A stretch of DNA of 64,000 nucleotides from Macrostomum lignano (taxonomy: Eukaryota), in contig NIVC01002409.1 of the NCBI GenBank assembly GCA_002269645.1, positions 1 through 64,000 of the forward strand. The letters run 5' to 3'. Shown piece by piece: positions 25,006-47,100 of the stretch. Position numbers and translations under genes: made by a program. Numbering within the stretch: position 1 is the stretch's first letter; every line of letters starts with the position of its first letter. The notes beneath the pieces are model-generated. The model did no database searches. It was not told where the DNA came from and saw only the letters and a program-made list of their open reading frames with translations.

Positions 25006-28000
25006 GAGTTGGAGATCCCCAGATTCGGCCGGCCGCCCTCCCAGCTGCTGCCTGCCGGTGGCGGCGCCGGGCCCAGCAGCGGCCTGCAGAGCCACGCAAT
25101 GCTGGACTTCAGGCGGACGCGATGGCGCCAGCGAAATCTGATGAGCATGACGGATGACGAGCTGCGGCCTTTCATAGGCGTGAGCCGCCTGCTGCCCGTG
25201 AGACTGCTTTGGATGAGTTTGGGTGGCGTGCCTAACAGGATGCCGTGTCTAACAGGGTGATGTGATTGTCTAACAGGGTTGGCGTGTCTAACAGGGTGAT
25301 GTGATTGTCTAACAGGGTTGGCGTGTCTAACAGGGTGATGTGATTGTCTAACAGGGTTGGCGTGTCTAACAGGGTGATGTGATTGTCTAACAGGGTGATG
25401 TGATTGTCTAACAGAGTTGGCGTGTCTAACAGGGTGATGTGATTGTCTAACAGGGTTGGCGTGTCTAACAGGGTGATGTGATTGTCTAACAGGGTTGGCG
25501 TGTCTAACAGGGTGATGTGATTGTCTAACAGAGTTGGCGTGTCTAACAGGGTGATGTGATTGTCTAACAGGGTTGGCGTGTCTAACAGGCGCTGTGTCTA
25601 ACAGGGTGCTCTGTCTAACAGGGTTGGCGTGTCTAACAGGCGCTGTGTCTAACAGGGTTGACATGTCTAGCAGGGTGCAGTGTCTAACGGGGAGGCGTAC
25701 ATGTATCTCCGTCTAACAGGGAAATGTCTATGCATAACAGGGTGATGTGTTTGTCTAACAATCAGGTAGAGCAGTGTATCTATCTAAAAGACAATCATGT
25801 GTCAGTCTGCTCCACTGGCAGCCACAGTACAAGTAGGCAGAAAAGCCTGTACCCCACCGTAGGTTTCAAGCACTAACAGGTAGCAATGTCTCCGAATAAC
25901 ACAGAGCCACAGGTTAATGAACGCCTGCGCAAGAAAAGCTTTTAGCAAAATTAGTGCAATTTTTTGTCGCGTAAAAGTGGAGCTTTAGAATAGAATTGGC
26001 CAGCTCTGCTGCATAAAAAATACCCACCCAGCAACTGCCTGGTGTGCGTTTCAAATGAGCTCTTTGCTCAGCTTTGCCCCCTCCCCGCCTCGCCAGTGCT
26101 CAAAACTGCTCTTCACTTCGCATTGTTGCTCTTTGAGAATCCAAAATGCAGTCCTCGGGTCTGCGCTGGACCTGCTTAAATAAACGGGGCAGCAGAGGCG
26201 GTGCCTTAGCTGACACTGTATAGAGACTGAGCTGCTCAGCTGCATCAATTTGAGCTTTGAGCTATGCTGGCACACAGCACCCTGCTGCTGTCCACCGCTG
26301 CGACTGCGGGCGGCAGGCAGCGCCTGAGAAGAGTAGCTGGAAGTAGAGTAAGTAGGGCAGGGAGTAGGCGGTGAGTAGGCAGTGAGTAGGCAGGGAGTAG
26401 GCAGTGAGTAGGCAGGGAGTAGGGCAGTGAGTAGGCAGTGAGTAGGCAGGGAGTAGGCAGTGAGTAGGGCAGGGAGTAGGCAGTGAGTAGGCAGTGAGTA
26501 GGGCAGGGAGTAGGCAGTGAGTAGGGCAGGGAGTAGGCAGTGAGTAGGGCAGGGAGTAGGCAGTGAGTAGGGCAGGGAGTAGGCAGTGAGTAGGGCAGGG
26601 AGTAGGCAGTGAGTAGGGCAGGGAGTAGGCAGGGAGTAGGCAGTGAGTAGGCAGTGAGTAGGGCAGGGAGTAGGCGGTGATAGGCAGTGAGTAGGCAGTG
26701 AGTAGGCAGTGAGTAGGCAGGGAGTAGACAGTGAGTAGGCAGTGAGTAGGGCAGGGAGTAGGCGGTGATAGGCAGTGAGTAGGCAGTGAGTAGGCAGGGA
26801 GTAGGCGGTGAGTAGGCGGTGAGTAGGCGGTGAGTAGGCAGTGATGCAGTTTACGCAAAGCAGTAAAATTGTCGATCACAACTCTCCAATCCCATTCATT
26901 GGATTTCAGAGAGCGTACGACGGGATTGACAATGCTGCCATGGGGTGAGCGGTGGCAGTAAAGTCCACTAACTTTTCAGAAAACATTTTTAGCATTTTCA
27001 CTGTACTCCAGTTTTCACATACTGCACTGTTGCCAGGAGATTTTGAAGTCTCGAGCTTGTCACCCCCATACTCGGCATCCCTTCAAACCCCAGCAGCATC
27101 CAGCTCAGCCTCAACGACCCGTCCAGATCCCGACGCTCGGGAGACTTCACCGACCAGCAGCAGCCGCAGCAGCCGCAGCTGTACGCTGACTACCGGAGGC
27201 GCTCACTGACCGCGGACAGCGACACCACCAGCCTGGGGCGCGGTCGGGACGGCGCTACGGGGTGATTAAAATTGCTCATAACTGTATTATTATGAAACTA
27301 CATAATACACTCTGAAGTGCCTAATATCCTCTTATAGCAGAGCTAAGCTGCTTTAAAGTATTTGAGATACTCTAAAGCACATAAGACACCCTAAAGGTGG
27401 ATAAGGTACCCTAAAAGTGCATGAGATACTCTAAAAGTGCATGAGATACTCTAAAAGTGCATAAGATACCCTAAAGGTGGATAAGATACCCTAAAAGTGC
27501 AAAGATACCCTAAAAGGGCATAAGATACCCTTAAGGTGTCTAGGATACCCTAAAAGTGTATAAGATACCCTAAAAGTGCATAAGATACATTAAAGTGCCT
27601 AAGATACCCTAAAAGTGCATAAGATATTCTAAAAGTGCAAAAGATACCCTAAAGTGCGCAAGATACTCTTAAGTGAGCATCCAAAATACTGGTCAAAGTC
27701 TCGTCAAAGTATCCGCTTGAGTTTGATTCCGTGCACGGCGCGCGCATGAGGCCTGACGATGAGAGAAAGCCAGCCGCTGTTACACCCTGTGTGAGCGTGT
27801 CCGTGTGCATGCTCAGGATATGAGCGTGACTGCTGGCCTAATTAAGGGCTGACTGGCTCGAGCCCACCTGAGAACTGACCCGCTAGCAACTGAACCGCCC
27901 CCCCCCCGCCAGCCTCCCCAGCACCACGCCGGTCGGCTCGTACATCAGCGGCGTCCTCGGCGGCTCGCTGCATCCCGGCCTGGCCGCCGACGATCTGGCG

Positions 28001-31000
28001 GACGATGCCGAGGCTGCCGACGTGCAAGACGAGGACGCGAAGAGCGCGGCAGATTCGGCTAGCGAGGCGGTGGTGCGGCTTCGAGCGGAGAACGCGCGCC
28101 TGGCCGAGCGGCTGCGCAGCGCCGAGCAGCGGGCGCGCCAGGCCGAGAGAGAGCGCCTAGCCCTGGCGGAGCGGGCGTTGGCGACAGCCGGCGAGCTGGA
28201 CGAGGCGCGCGAGGAGCTGCGCGAGGAGCAGCGGCTGGCGGCCGGCTTGAAACGGCAGTTGGAGTCGGAGAGAGTGGCGAGACCCGAGTGAGTGACTGAG
28301 AGGTGTGACCGATAAGAGTGACTGAGAGGTGTGACCGATGAGAGTGACCGATGAGAGTGACTGATGAGAGTGACTGATGAGAGTGACTGATGAGAGTGAC
28401 TGATGAGAGTGACCGATGAGAGTGACCGATGAGAGTGACCGATGAGAGTGATCGATGAGAGTGACCGATGAGAGTGATCGATGAGAGTGAGTGATGAGAG
28501 TGACTGATGAGGTGACCGATGAGAGTGACTGATGAGAGTGACCGATGAGAGTGATCGATGAGAGTGACTGATAAGAGTAGGCAATTAAAATTGACAACAT
28601 TAAGAGTGACCAACGCGAGAGTCATTCAAGACCCGTTCAACTCCCCAGCCCCTCGGAGTCGCCGCAGTCACCGCCAGGCAGTTCGCTGGACGCGGAGCTG
28701 GAGCGGGCGAACCGGCGGGCCGGCAGCCTGGAGCGCAGCCTCCAGGAGATGCAGCGCCGGCTGCTGCTGGCCGAAAGTCGCCAGGTTGGCGCTGACAATG
28801 AAGCGGCAGCAGCAGCGGCTTCTGACGATCTGGAAGCCGCGCCGTCGACGTCCCCGATGGATCCCGCAGCGGCCCTGGCTGTCGGCGCCATGTCGCAGGC
28901 GGTCGCCGATTTACGCGCCGATTCAGAGGCGCTGCGGCGCCGGGCGGCCCGCGACGAGTTGGCACGCAAGCGCCGGCTGGAAGAGGTGGAAGAAAAGGCG
29001 GCGGACGGGCAGCGGGCGAGTGAAGAGGCACTGCTATCCGTGTCGCTGGGGCTCGAGTCCGCCAGGGCGCAGAACGCCGAGCTGAGGCAGCTGCTGGAGC
29101 GGAGCGAGGCTGCGCGGGAGGGACAGAGTCGGAAGCTGGGGAGGCTGCAGGTGAGCCGGAAGCTGGGGAGGCTGCAGGTGAGCCGGAAGCTGGGGAGGCT
29201 GCAGATGAGCCGGAAGCTGGGGAGGCTGCAGGTGAGCCGGAAGCTGGGGAGGCTGCAGGTGAGCCGGAAGCTGGGGAGGCTGCAGGTGAGCCGGAAGCTG
29301 GGGAGGCTGCAGGTGAGCCTGAGCTGGGGAGGCTGCAGGTGAGCCGGAAGCTGGGGAGGCTGCAGATGAAGCTTATGAAGCTCCAGAGAGACTCAAGTAT
29401 CAGTGGAATCTCTGTCCAATCCTCAGGAGGACTTCGGCCAGCTGCAGGAGTCCCAGTCGGGCCTGGAGGCCTGGGCCGCCCAGGTGGCCGCAGGGCGCGA
29501 GGACCTGCGGCAGCTCGGCGAGGCAAACAGCGAACTGCGCGCCCGGCTGGACTGGCTGGAGCGCGGGCTGGACGGCCTGGGCGCGGAGCTGCGGGCCGCG
29601 CGAGCCGAGGCGGCGAGGCGCAGCGAGCGGTGCCGCCGGCTGGCTGAGGAGGCGGCGCGAGCTCGCCAGGCCGAGGAGAAGTCGGGGCGGGCGGCGGCGG
29701 CGGCGTCGGCGACTCTCGGCCGGGTGGCGGCGGAGCACCGATCACTTCGCCGGCGGCTGGGTGCGGCTGCGGAGGCGGCGGAGGCGGCCGGGGCTGCGAA
29801 GGTAACGCGGCAGCTGCGGGAGCTGGCGGGGTCGCTGAGCGCTGAATTTCAGGTGCGGCGTTTTGGTGGGGCGATGGGGATGTCAGGAGAATGAAGGGGA
29901 TGTCAGGAGAATGAAGGGGATGTCAGGAGAATGAAGGGGACGTCAGGAGAATGAAGGGGATGTCAGGAGAATGAAGGGGATGTCAGGAGAATGAAGGGGA
30001 TGTCAGGAGAATGAAGGGGATGTCAGGAGAATGAAGGGGATGTCAGGAGAATGAAGGGGATGTCAGGAGAATGAAGGGGATGTCAGGAGAATGAAGGGGA
30101 TGTCAGGAGAATACTGTACACATGTACTCACTGTACACATGTAGAGCTGAGAAACCCAAACCCAGTGCAGTAGAATTTATTATCCAACAAACCAACTGCT
30201 GCAAAAGGCGCCCGAAGTCGACCGGCAGCAGCCGGCGCTGGAATCGGCCGGGCTGCAGGCCGAACTGCGCGCCAGCCAGCGGGCCGGCCGGCAGCTTCAA
30301 GGCGAAGTTGACCGGCTGCGCCGCGAATTGCAGGTGGCCATCGAGAAGCTGACGGACTGCGAGGCCAAGCTGTACCTGGCCAGAGAGGTGACCGCCCGCC
30401 CTTGGTGCCGGTCTTTGTCTTGGTGTCGGTCTTTGTCTTGGTGCCGGTCTTTGTCTTGGTGCCGATCTTTGTCTTGGTACCGGTCTTTGCCTTGGTGCCG
30501 GTGTTGCTGCTTCCCAGCCTGCTGTTTGTTTATTTATTGGTTGCCATGGCTACCTACCGATAATATCGGTTGCTACTAGCTATTCCCATGTATTCACATT
30601 TATTTGATTTACCTTGGATACGGCATAGCAACCCTTTTATGTCCAGCTATTTCCTTATATGTTTGCTACTACCTATCAAACCGCAGGTGGCCGGCAGCGA
30701 GTCGGACTCCGGGCTCGGTGACGTCACAGCGGAGCCGCGGCGCAGGTCGAACGCTCAGCTGGCCGCACTGATCGAGCAGATCGACCTGGTGGAGGCCAGA
30801 GGGGACAGTCTGCTGGCTTTGAAGCGCCGCCAGGTGCAGGAGGCCGCAACGGTGAGTGGCCACATCAGAAGAATCCCCTGTCAGTGCTAGTGTTCTAAAT
30901 AGCTCGATAGCTCGCCTGCTATGTGCACTGGATTCTCGGTCTGACCACTCAGGACCCAACCTCACGCCGCCAGCAGTTTACATGCCTACATCCACCACCC

Positions 31001-31528
31001 CATTCTCGTCGCCCACTGCTACCCCATTGTAGCCTTTCAACACCCCATTATAGCTCCACCACCATCTCATTCTCGATCCCCACCAAGCCATTCTTGGCCC
31101 CCACCAAGCCATTCTCGGCTCCCACCACCCCATTCTCGGGTACCACCACCCCATTCTCGGCCCCACCCCATTCTAACCCACTATCACCCAATCCTCGCCC
31201 CACCGCCCCATTCTAGCCCCCACAACCCATTCTCGCTCCCACAACCCATTCTCGCCCCCACAACCCATTCTCGCCCCCACCTACCCTATTCTCGCCCCAC
31301 CACCCCATTCTTACATGTACATCAGACCAACTGAACAAGCAGCAGAAAAGGTTCAAACTATCAGGAAATGTCACCCTCGCTTTCTTGCAGCCTGCAGCAG
31401 CGCAGAGCCAGAAGCAGGCGACAGCGATGGCGCCTCCTGGCGGCGGCGGGCCTCCAGTTCCTGAGGACAGGAGCGACATGCAGCGCCTTCTGCGAATGCT
31501 GCTGTACAATTCCGGGGGCAGCCGCTGA
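25006..31528 (+). CDS. Uncharacterised long coiled-coil protein (>=~730 aa), multi-exon; 5' end uncertain
   Basis: Phase-consistent exons ~25006-25179, 26278-26342, 27094-27261, 27922-28287, 28649-29150, 29427-29852 (or an alternative donor after 29801), ~30208-30387, 30687-30851, 31391-31528 (TGA). Heptad-rich E/R/A/L sequence such as RLRAENARLAERLRSAEQRARQAERE and ELRARLDWLERGLDGLGAELRAAR. Tentative upstream exons 21541-21587, 21820-21835, 22920-22957. Confidence 0.8.
25240..25760. repeat. Intronic 18/21-bp alternating tandem repeat
   Basis: TCTAACAGGGTGATGTGATTG and TCTAACAGGGTTGGCGTG. Confidence 0.9.
26345..26840. repeat. Intronic 11-12-bp repeat rich in GTGAGTA
   Basis: GGCAGTGAGTA / GGGCAGGGAGTA, starting immediately after the donor at 26343. 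Confidence 0.9.
27365..27670. repeat. Intronic 20-bp degenerate tandem repeat
   Basis: ATAAGATACCCTAAAAGTGC variants. Confidence 0.85.
28288..28580. repeat. Intronic 13-bp repeat starting at the donor
   Basis: GATGAGAGTGAC(C/T), beginning at |GTGAGTGACTGA. Confidence 0.9.
29126..29365 (+). repeat. 27-bp in-frame tandem repeat of the exon end plus donor (~9 copies)
   Basis: GCCGGAAGCTGGGGAGGCTGCAG|GTGA, which translates as (VSRKLGRLQ)n. Confidence 0.95.
29876..30110. repeat. Intronic 20-bp tandem repeat (~12 copies)
   Basis: GGGGATGTCAGGAGAATGAA. Confidence 0.95.
30405..30500. repeat. Intronic 18-bp tandem repeat
   Basis: TTGGTGCCGGTCTTTGTC, ~5 copies. Confidence 0.85.
30990..31310. repeat. 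Intronic degenerate C-rich ~20-bp repeat
   Basis: CCCATTCTCG(C/G)CCCCAC(A/C)A variants. Confidence 0.75.
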
Positions 31529-33272
31529 GACCATATGGTTTACATGTACGAGAATGTAGCTCGTACATAGTAAAATTTTAACTCGAATTAGTATTTCCGT
31601 TCTGTTCGATCCCCATGCGGGCCCTATGCGCCATATGAGCCACAAGCTACGGTTTGCATAAAGCTACTCGTACATGCATAAAGCCTTTATAAATGCTTTA
31701 GGAATTTAGCACTACACGCAACTGTCAGAGTCAATATTTATCTTTACTATTCTCAACTACAACTAGCAACAATGCGCGCTTATACTACTGAAAAACTACT
31801 TATTTAGCCTGCTCTCGTTTTTCTCTTAAAACAGATTAGTTACTTACCAACTCGAATTATTGTCGGCTATTTTATTCATTAAGTTGGTACGCATCCGAGT
31901 TATTAAAATACACTGTAGACTGCAGCTTCTAAAATGGCTTTCACCTTTATTGTTTGATTTTTGCCGATTCAGTCTGCACTACTGCCAGTAGCAAAATGTG
32001 AAAGGGTGGAGAAAAAATCAGAAATCTGGATCTGGAATATTTCAGACCATAAGTTGCTCATTCAAACAAATATTTATCAATAGAATCGAAACAGTTGGTC
32101 CGCATCCACATATTTCATGTGAATATGAATTTGCGCAGCTCATATTTATTGTATTAGTGTATTAATATTCACAGTCTAATGGAGTTGCAGTGCTTTTAAA
32201 TACAGCGAGAAGCAGATCACTAGCAGGTGCACAGACAACAATATTCAACAAATCAACATTCAACATTCAACAAGCACAAGGTAAGCAGAGCTAGCTCAAA
32301 AAGCGATGAAGGAAAAAGCGATTTAGAATTCTTTTCACAGCCTCCCCCAGAGGTTGCAAAACTCCACTTTGAGCAGGAAGTGCGCGGGCCTGAAGCCGCT
32401 GCTGGGGTGGCGGCGCCGGCTGCTCTGAGGTCAGCGCGGCCGCAGCTGTGCCCCCCCCCGTATTTGGACAGCGGCTCCTGCCCCCCCCCCCCCGGCTGAG
32501 TCATCAGCTCAGCTGCAGTCCGCTCCCCCCCCAGCTGCAGATTGGCTGTCCCGGACCCACCCTACAGCCCGCCCGTATATTCACTAAAGACAATAAAAGT
32601 ACACTGAGACTACAGGCGGTAAATCTAAGCATATAGAATTATAAATATATATAGCTAATTGAAAACTTGCAGAGCTGTACAGAAGCTATTGCAGAGCTGC
32701 TCAATCTGTCTAGCAGGTAAAACACATAGGAGGATGTGTTGCCAAGTTAATAAAATTTTCAAGCTGAAGCGAAAAGGGATGAAAATCCTTCAGCTAGAAA
32801 TCAAAACTCAGTTAATCAGCCGAAAGCTCAGAACTGTACATGAGGTGAGAGAGCGCAAGAAGCCGCAGTCTTCTTGTCCGAAACTGAAAAATCATTTGAA
32901 AATCTTGCTGGAATGCGCAGTCAGGGAATGCCAGACGGTGAGACAACATTGATAAAAGTGCAGGTAGCGCACAGCAGGTGCACAAAATCACAGCAGTCAG
33001 TCCGGAATGGAAACGCAAAATATTGTTGGATTCTAAAGCCGCATAAATAATAAACATGTAAGCAAGCCTTGAGAGTAGAAATTAAAATTTAGTAAACAAT
33101 AAGTTTAAAAAGTCACAGCATGTGTGTGCGAAGTTCGCGTAACACAGACAAGCAAAAGTGCATCGTAATACTTGATAATGAACTCTCCGAGTAGGTTTCT
33201 GGTATGACCTCAGTTTTAATTCGCATATTACAAACAATGTATCACAAACTCAACAGTAATCAAATTATGGCG

Positions 33273-33600
33273 TCATGACCTCAGTCATAACCATAGCTCA
33301 CTCATTTCCTAGTCATGACCTCAGTCATAACCATAGCTCACTCATTTCCTAGTCATGACCTCAGTCATAACCATTGCTCACTCATTGCCTAGTCATGACC
33401 TCAGTCATAACCATAGCTCACTCATTACCTAGTCATGACCTCAGTCATAACCATAGCTCACTCATTACCTAGTCATGACCTCAGTCATAACCATAGCTCA
33501 CTCATTACCTAGTCATGACCTCAGTCATAACCATAGCTCACTCATTACCTAGTCATGACCTCAGTCATAAGCATAGCTCACTCATTACCTAGTCATAATA
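33273..33600. repeat. 40-bp tandem repeat (~8 copies) downstream of the hillarin-like stop codon
   Basis: TCATGACCTCAGTCATAACCATAGCTCACTCATTACCTAG. Also (TCATGAGCAG)x4 at 33661-33705. Confidence 0.9.
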
Positions 33601-33744
33601 AACATAACCCACTCATAGCCATAACCTTAGTCATGACCTCAATCTAGGTTACTGGCGGGGTCATGAGCAGTCATGAGCAGTCATGAGCAGTCATGAGCAG
33701 TCATGAGCACACCCAGAACTCGCCCTCCCCCCAAGAGTCGGCCG

Positions 33745-42770
<9,026 letters not shown>

Positions 42771-44102
42771 TGGCTTTTCTAGGCTTTAGTATGCGGTGCA
42801 GAGTTCAAGACTGATTTGGCTGTAGCCTGCAAGGTTTTATGGATCATGTGAGAACTATTGAATTTACTAATTTTATATTTCAAAACTAATATACAGTAAT
42901 AAAAAAATTAGTATATAGGAAGAAACAATAGCAAGGAAATAATATGACAAAAATATTAAGCATCCTGGTTTTCAATTGAAATCTTGAATTTAGATCAAAG
43001 AGGCCAAATGGGACTATGATTTTGATACCTAAAATCTACAGCCTAAATGAACCATTAACAATTTTTTTACTGTAAACAATATGATAAATATATATGATTT
43101 TTATGAGTATATAATATAATGTATTTAAGTTTTAAGAAAGTCATTGTAGCACACTTTTTTCACACTAACTAAAACAAAACTGCTGCTGAAACCCAATTTT
43201 AGATTTTTTATAAGTTAGTTATTATATTGTAGGTTAGAATTTTATATATATTTTCATTTTTATAAGTAGAGATATAATCATATATACAAAATATATTTCA
43301 ACAGATATATTAAAATCTCAAGATGTTAGTCAGCCATTAGGATTCTGATAAAAAAGATCACTGATCAATGAATCACTTTTTCATCCATAATAAATTTCTA
43401 ATGGTCTTATAAAAACTGAACTTTGAAGCATGATTGCTTCAACAAACATTAGAGTTTGATATCAATATCATCAAAACTAGAAAAAGCAAGCAATAAGCCA
43501 ATAAATTATAAAAAGAAGCTTTAGGTTTTTTAATAAACTGTTCTGTGGATAGGAAAGTAAATATAAGTTATGTTGGCACTTGGTAGTTAAAATATTAGTC
43601 GGATATAAGTCTAATGAGTAACAGTAGAAGATTTAGCTCAATATCCTGGAAATATCCGGAAAACAGGAAAAATTAAAATTTACTTCCATTATGTTAGCAC
43701 CTGTAGTTGTTGGATTTTGTTTTTTCTTAGACAAAGATAAAAATGATTTTACTATGCAATTTCAGCCTAATTAATAAATTTTAGGTTTAATAACACCTAA
43801 ATACAGTATTATTTGATATACTAAACTCATCTTTATAGCTTTAGAATACTTTCTATTAGAAAATAGACGTAGACAGTTATATAAAAAATAATTAGAGGGT
43901 ACAGCTTTTCATATTGCAGCAAATTAGATAGTTATAGATATTTAAGGTTAAAATATTGTTTTATCGTTTTAACAGCACGCGTTGTTTTAAGTTTCTAGAA
44001 AATCATTTGTTTCGCATTGAGTTATCGCGAGTCTGACTGCATGTTAAGAAGAGGTCATATGTTTTTTTAAGTTTCATACAGACTCAAACCACAATATCAA
44101 AT

Positions 44103-47100
44103 ATGCTTGCTCAATACCTTTTGACCTGCTTCTTAATTTCTTCGCTTGGGTTAATTGCGGCTGAACCTGTAAGTTAAGAAGTTAGAAGTTTGTACCTCAG
44201 CTATGAATAAAACCTGTCCAGAGTATAATAACTATGGATGAGCTGCTAGTCAGTTGCATTTGTATTTCAGTAAAGAAGCCAACCATAAATATTAAGTTTA
44301 AATCTTCTATATTGATCACAATGATTGTTTTAGTATCAGCATCAGCATTGGATAGTGTCTAATACACAGAAAATCTAACGTATATAATGCAAGTTATTTT
44401 GAAATTAATTGTGTTATCAATATTTTTTTCATTTTTAATCTTATTAATATTTTTATTATAAAAGAATTCTATATTATACTTTTTTTTCTAAATTAGCTAA
44501 TTAGTTTTTTTTAAATAATTTTCTTAACTTTTGAATTTGATACAATTTTTGTCAAATATCACTATTATATATAATATTCAATAAGCATTTCTTATATAAT
44601 CAAACATATGGTTAACTAGGCAATAAAACTGAATTTTATTATTAGTATACATTCAAAAAGAATATTGAATATAAAAAATTTAACTAAGAACTAGAAATGC
44701 AATGTTTTTTAAATTAAAATCTAAGTATAGGTTTCATAGTCCAGATCATGACAGGCGTATGCCAGAATCAAAATTAGTTTTTTTTCAATTTTATACTAAC
44801 ATAAAATTAAAAAAAGTTATGCTAAGTCCTAAATTGTTTATACGCTATTTTTTAATGAATATATATTTTTAGAAATTCAAAACTTTTACTAAACTTTAAA
44901 ATGACTGTTTTTTGTTAAAAAATATATATTCTTTGTTATAATTTTGATTTTCTTGTGATTGCTTTAATATTTTCTATTTTAGTTTCCAGTTATTTTTAAA
45001 GAGCTTTTGACATTGTTTGATATTTAACTATACAATTACATTAGCCTTGAACTTGGCTATTTTTGTACACCAACTGTGTATACTTTATATTGAGCCTAAA
45101 AATTCTATATGCCAAGATTGTTAGCAAGAGCAAAAATATGCCAAAATTTCTGGCATAAAGGCTTATCTGGCCTTTTATTGTTATTCTTATTGTTATCTGG
45201 CAAAATTTCTGGACTATGGTATAGGTTTCTGTTGTTGGTATCTATCTAAAGTAACTAATAGTAAAAAAAATAGTAACTAATTCAGGTTTAGTTGAAAAGA
45301 GATTCAAATTGTATATTGTATTTACTAATTTAATTTGCATAAATCTATGTAATTAATTTTGTTTTAAAATGATTTCTAAGTATAATAAAAATAGCTATAT
45401 ACAAACTTTAATAAGTTTGAGGGAGATATATATCATTTAAAAAATGCTATAGTAAAGCATTAGTACCTGGTAAATGCTTCAAATGTGTTAAGCTTCCTTT
45501 TAGCTCATTTTATCTTTGTTATCTAACTTTATCTAATACCTGTTTATTTTTATCAAATTTACAAGTGTATTTTACTTCAGCATCTTGCTGCAATTTAACT
45601 TTTAGGTTGGCCTAGGCTCAGTCACATTAGTTAATGACCTGAAGGAACTGAAACGAATTGTAAAATCGCATAACAATGTTCTATTGGTCTTCCAGAAGAA
45701 GAGTAAGATATAACTATTGTGATCCTTATTGATTTGTAAAATCATCTAAATGATTGTGCTATCTGACTATTTTTAGAGAACTCTGCATCCGACTGGAACC
45801 AGATTCTCACTGAAGTCTCCAACCAAATGATTGGCCAGGCCAGCATTGTTAAAGTGGATTGCAGGTGCGCCAATAATGCTATTTTTTATAATTGAAAATG
45901 ACAGAAATCTATATGGCTTTAGCCTAGTGACCCATGCTCGATTCCAAGTGAAGTCACATTAACTTGATGCTAAATTGGAATCTCAGCTTGGGTCTGCGCG
46001 TCCAATTTTGGCCCTCATGGGCCAACCAAGCGAACATGCCTTGAAGCAGTCGCCAAATTCATCCTCAACTCTTTCAGCGCAGAGAAGAAGGCCTGCAAAT
46101 ACTTCAAGGCATCGCCCAGCCCTGTGCAAATCCAGCACTACAAGTGAGCTCTCAGCTATAACTGCCTTTTGATTCAGAATAATTGCAGAACCCTGATAAG
46201 TTTTCATTTATTTATTTAGGGACGGCAAGTTCAACGTGAATTACGATCGCAAGAAATCTGTCAAGGTGAGCTGAAGCCTCAATTTTAGCAATTAATTATG
46301 TTTGCTAATTATAACTTAAGCCTCATTTTATTAATAATTTCAGTCTCTACGATCCTTCCTGGAAGATCCCACCGGAGATGTTCCCTGGGATGAGGAGCCC
46401 ACAGCTGAGAGCGTTACCCACCTGGCTAATCAAGCCGTGAGTAGCTGTTCACCTGGGCTGTCTCATGCAGAGTTTGTTCACTTGAACACTTTAGGGGTTG
46501 TAGCCCAGTGGTTAGAGCGTTGGACTCACGACTGGAAGGTCGGGAGTTCGATTCCCGACCCACTCGGAACAATTTGTGTCCTTGAGCAAGACACTTAACT
46601 CTGCATTGCTTCAGTTCACCCAGCTGTAAAATGGGTGCCAGCATTAGCTGGGGTAATTGAGGGTGTGTGGCAACCCCCCACCCAGTCCTTGGACTGAACA
46701 GCCGTACGTCGCAGCCTTCAGATGCGGCCCCCAATAGCTGCGGCTGAAGCTGTCGGTTGTACATCTGGCCATTGGAGCAGGTGTAATCAATTATTATTAT
46801 TATATTATCACGTGAACACAATGCAGGGTGCCGCATGCTTTCTTGATAGGAAAATCTAATTAGCTAAAAGCTTAAAGAAGTGTTTGAAGTTGCTTCTTTG
46901 CGCATTTTACAGGAAATGATGCAGCTGTTCAAGCGAACCCGCGTGCCGGTGCTGCTGATGTTCTACGCTCCCTGTGAGTGCGCAGCTTCTGGGCTGATTG
47001 GTTTGCGATTGTGATTGACAGGTCCTGCCGGATTTCAGTGCATTCCCCCGCTTCGCCTCCGCAGGGTGCGGCCACTGCAAGCGGCTCAAGCCCGAGTACG

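Noticed and set aside
46494-46566. tRNA gene
   Set aside because: It has A and B boxes but poor acceptor and anticodon stem pairing, and continues directly into a SINE body and tail.
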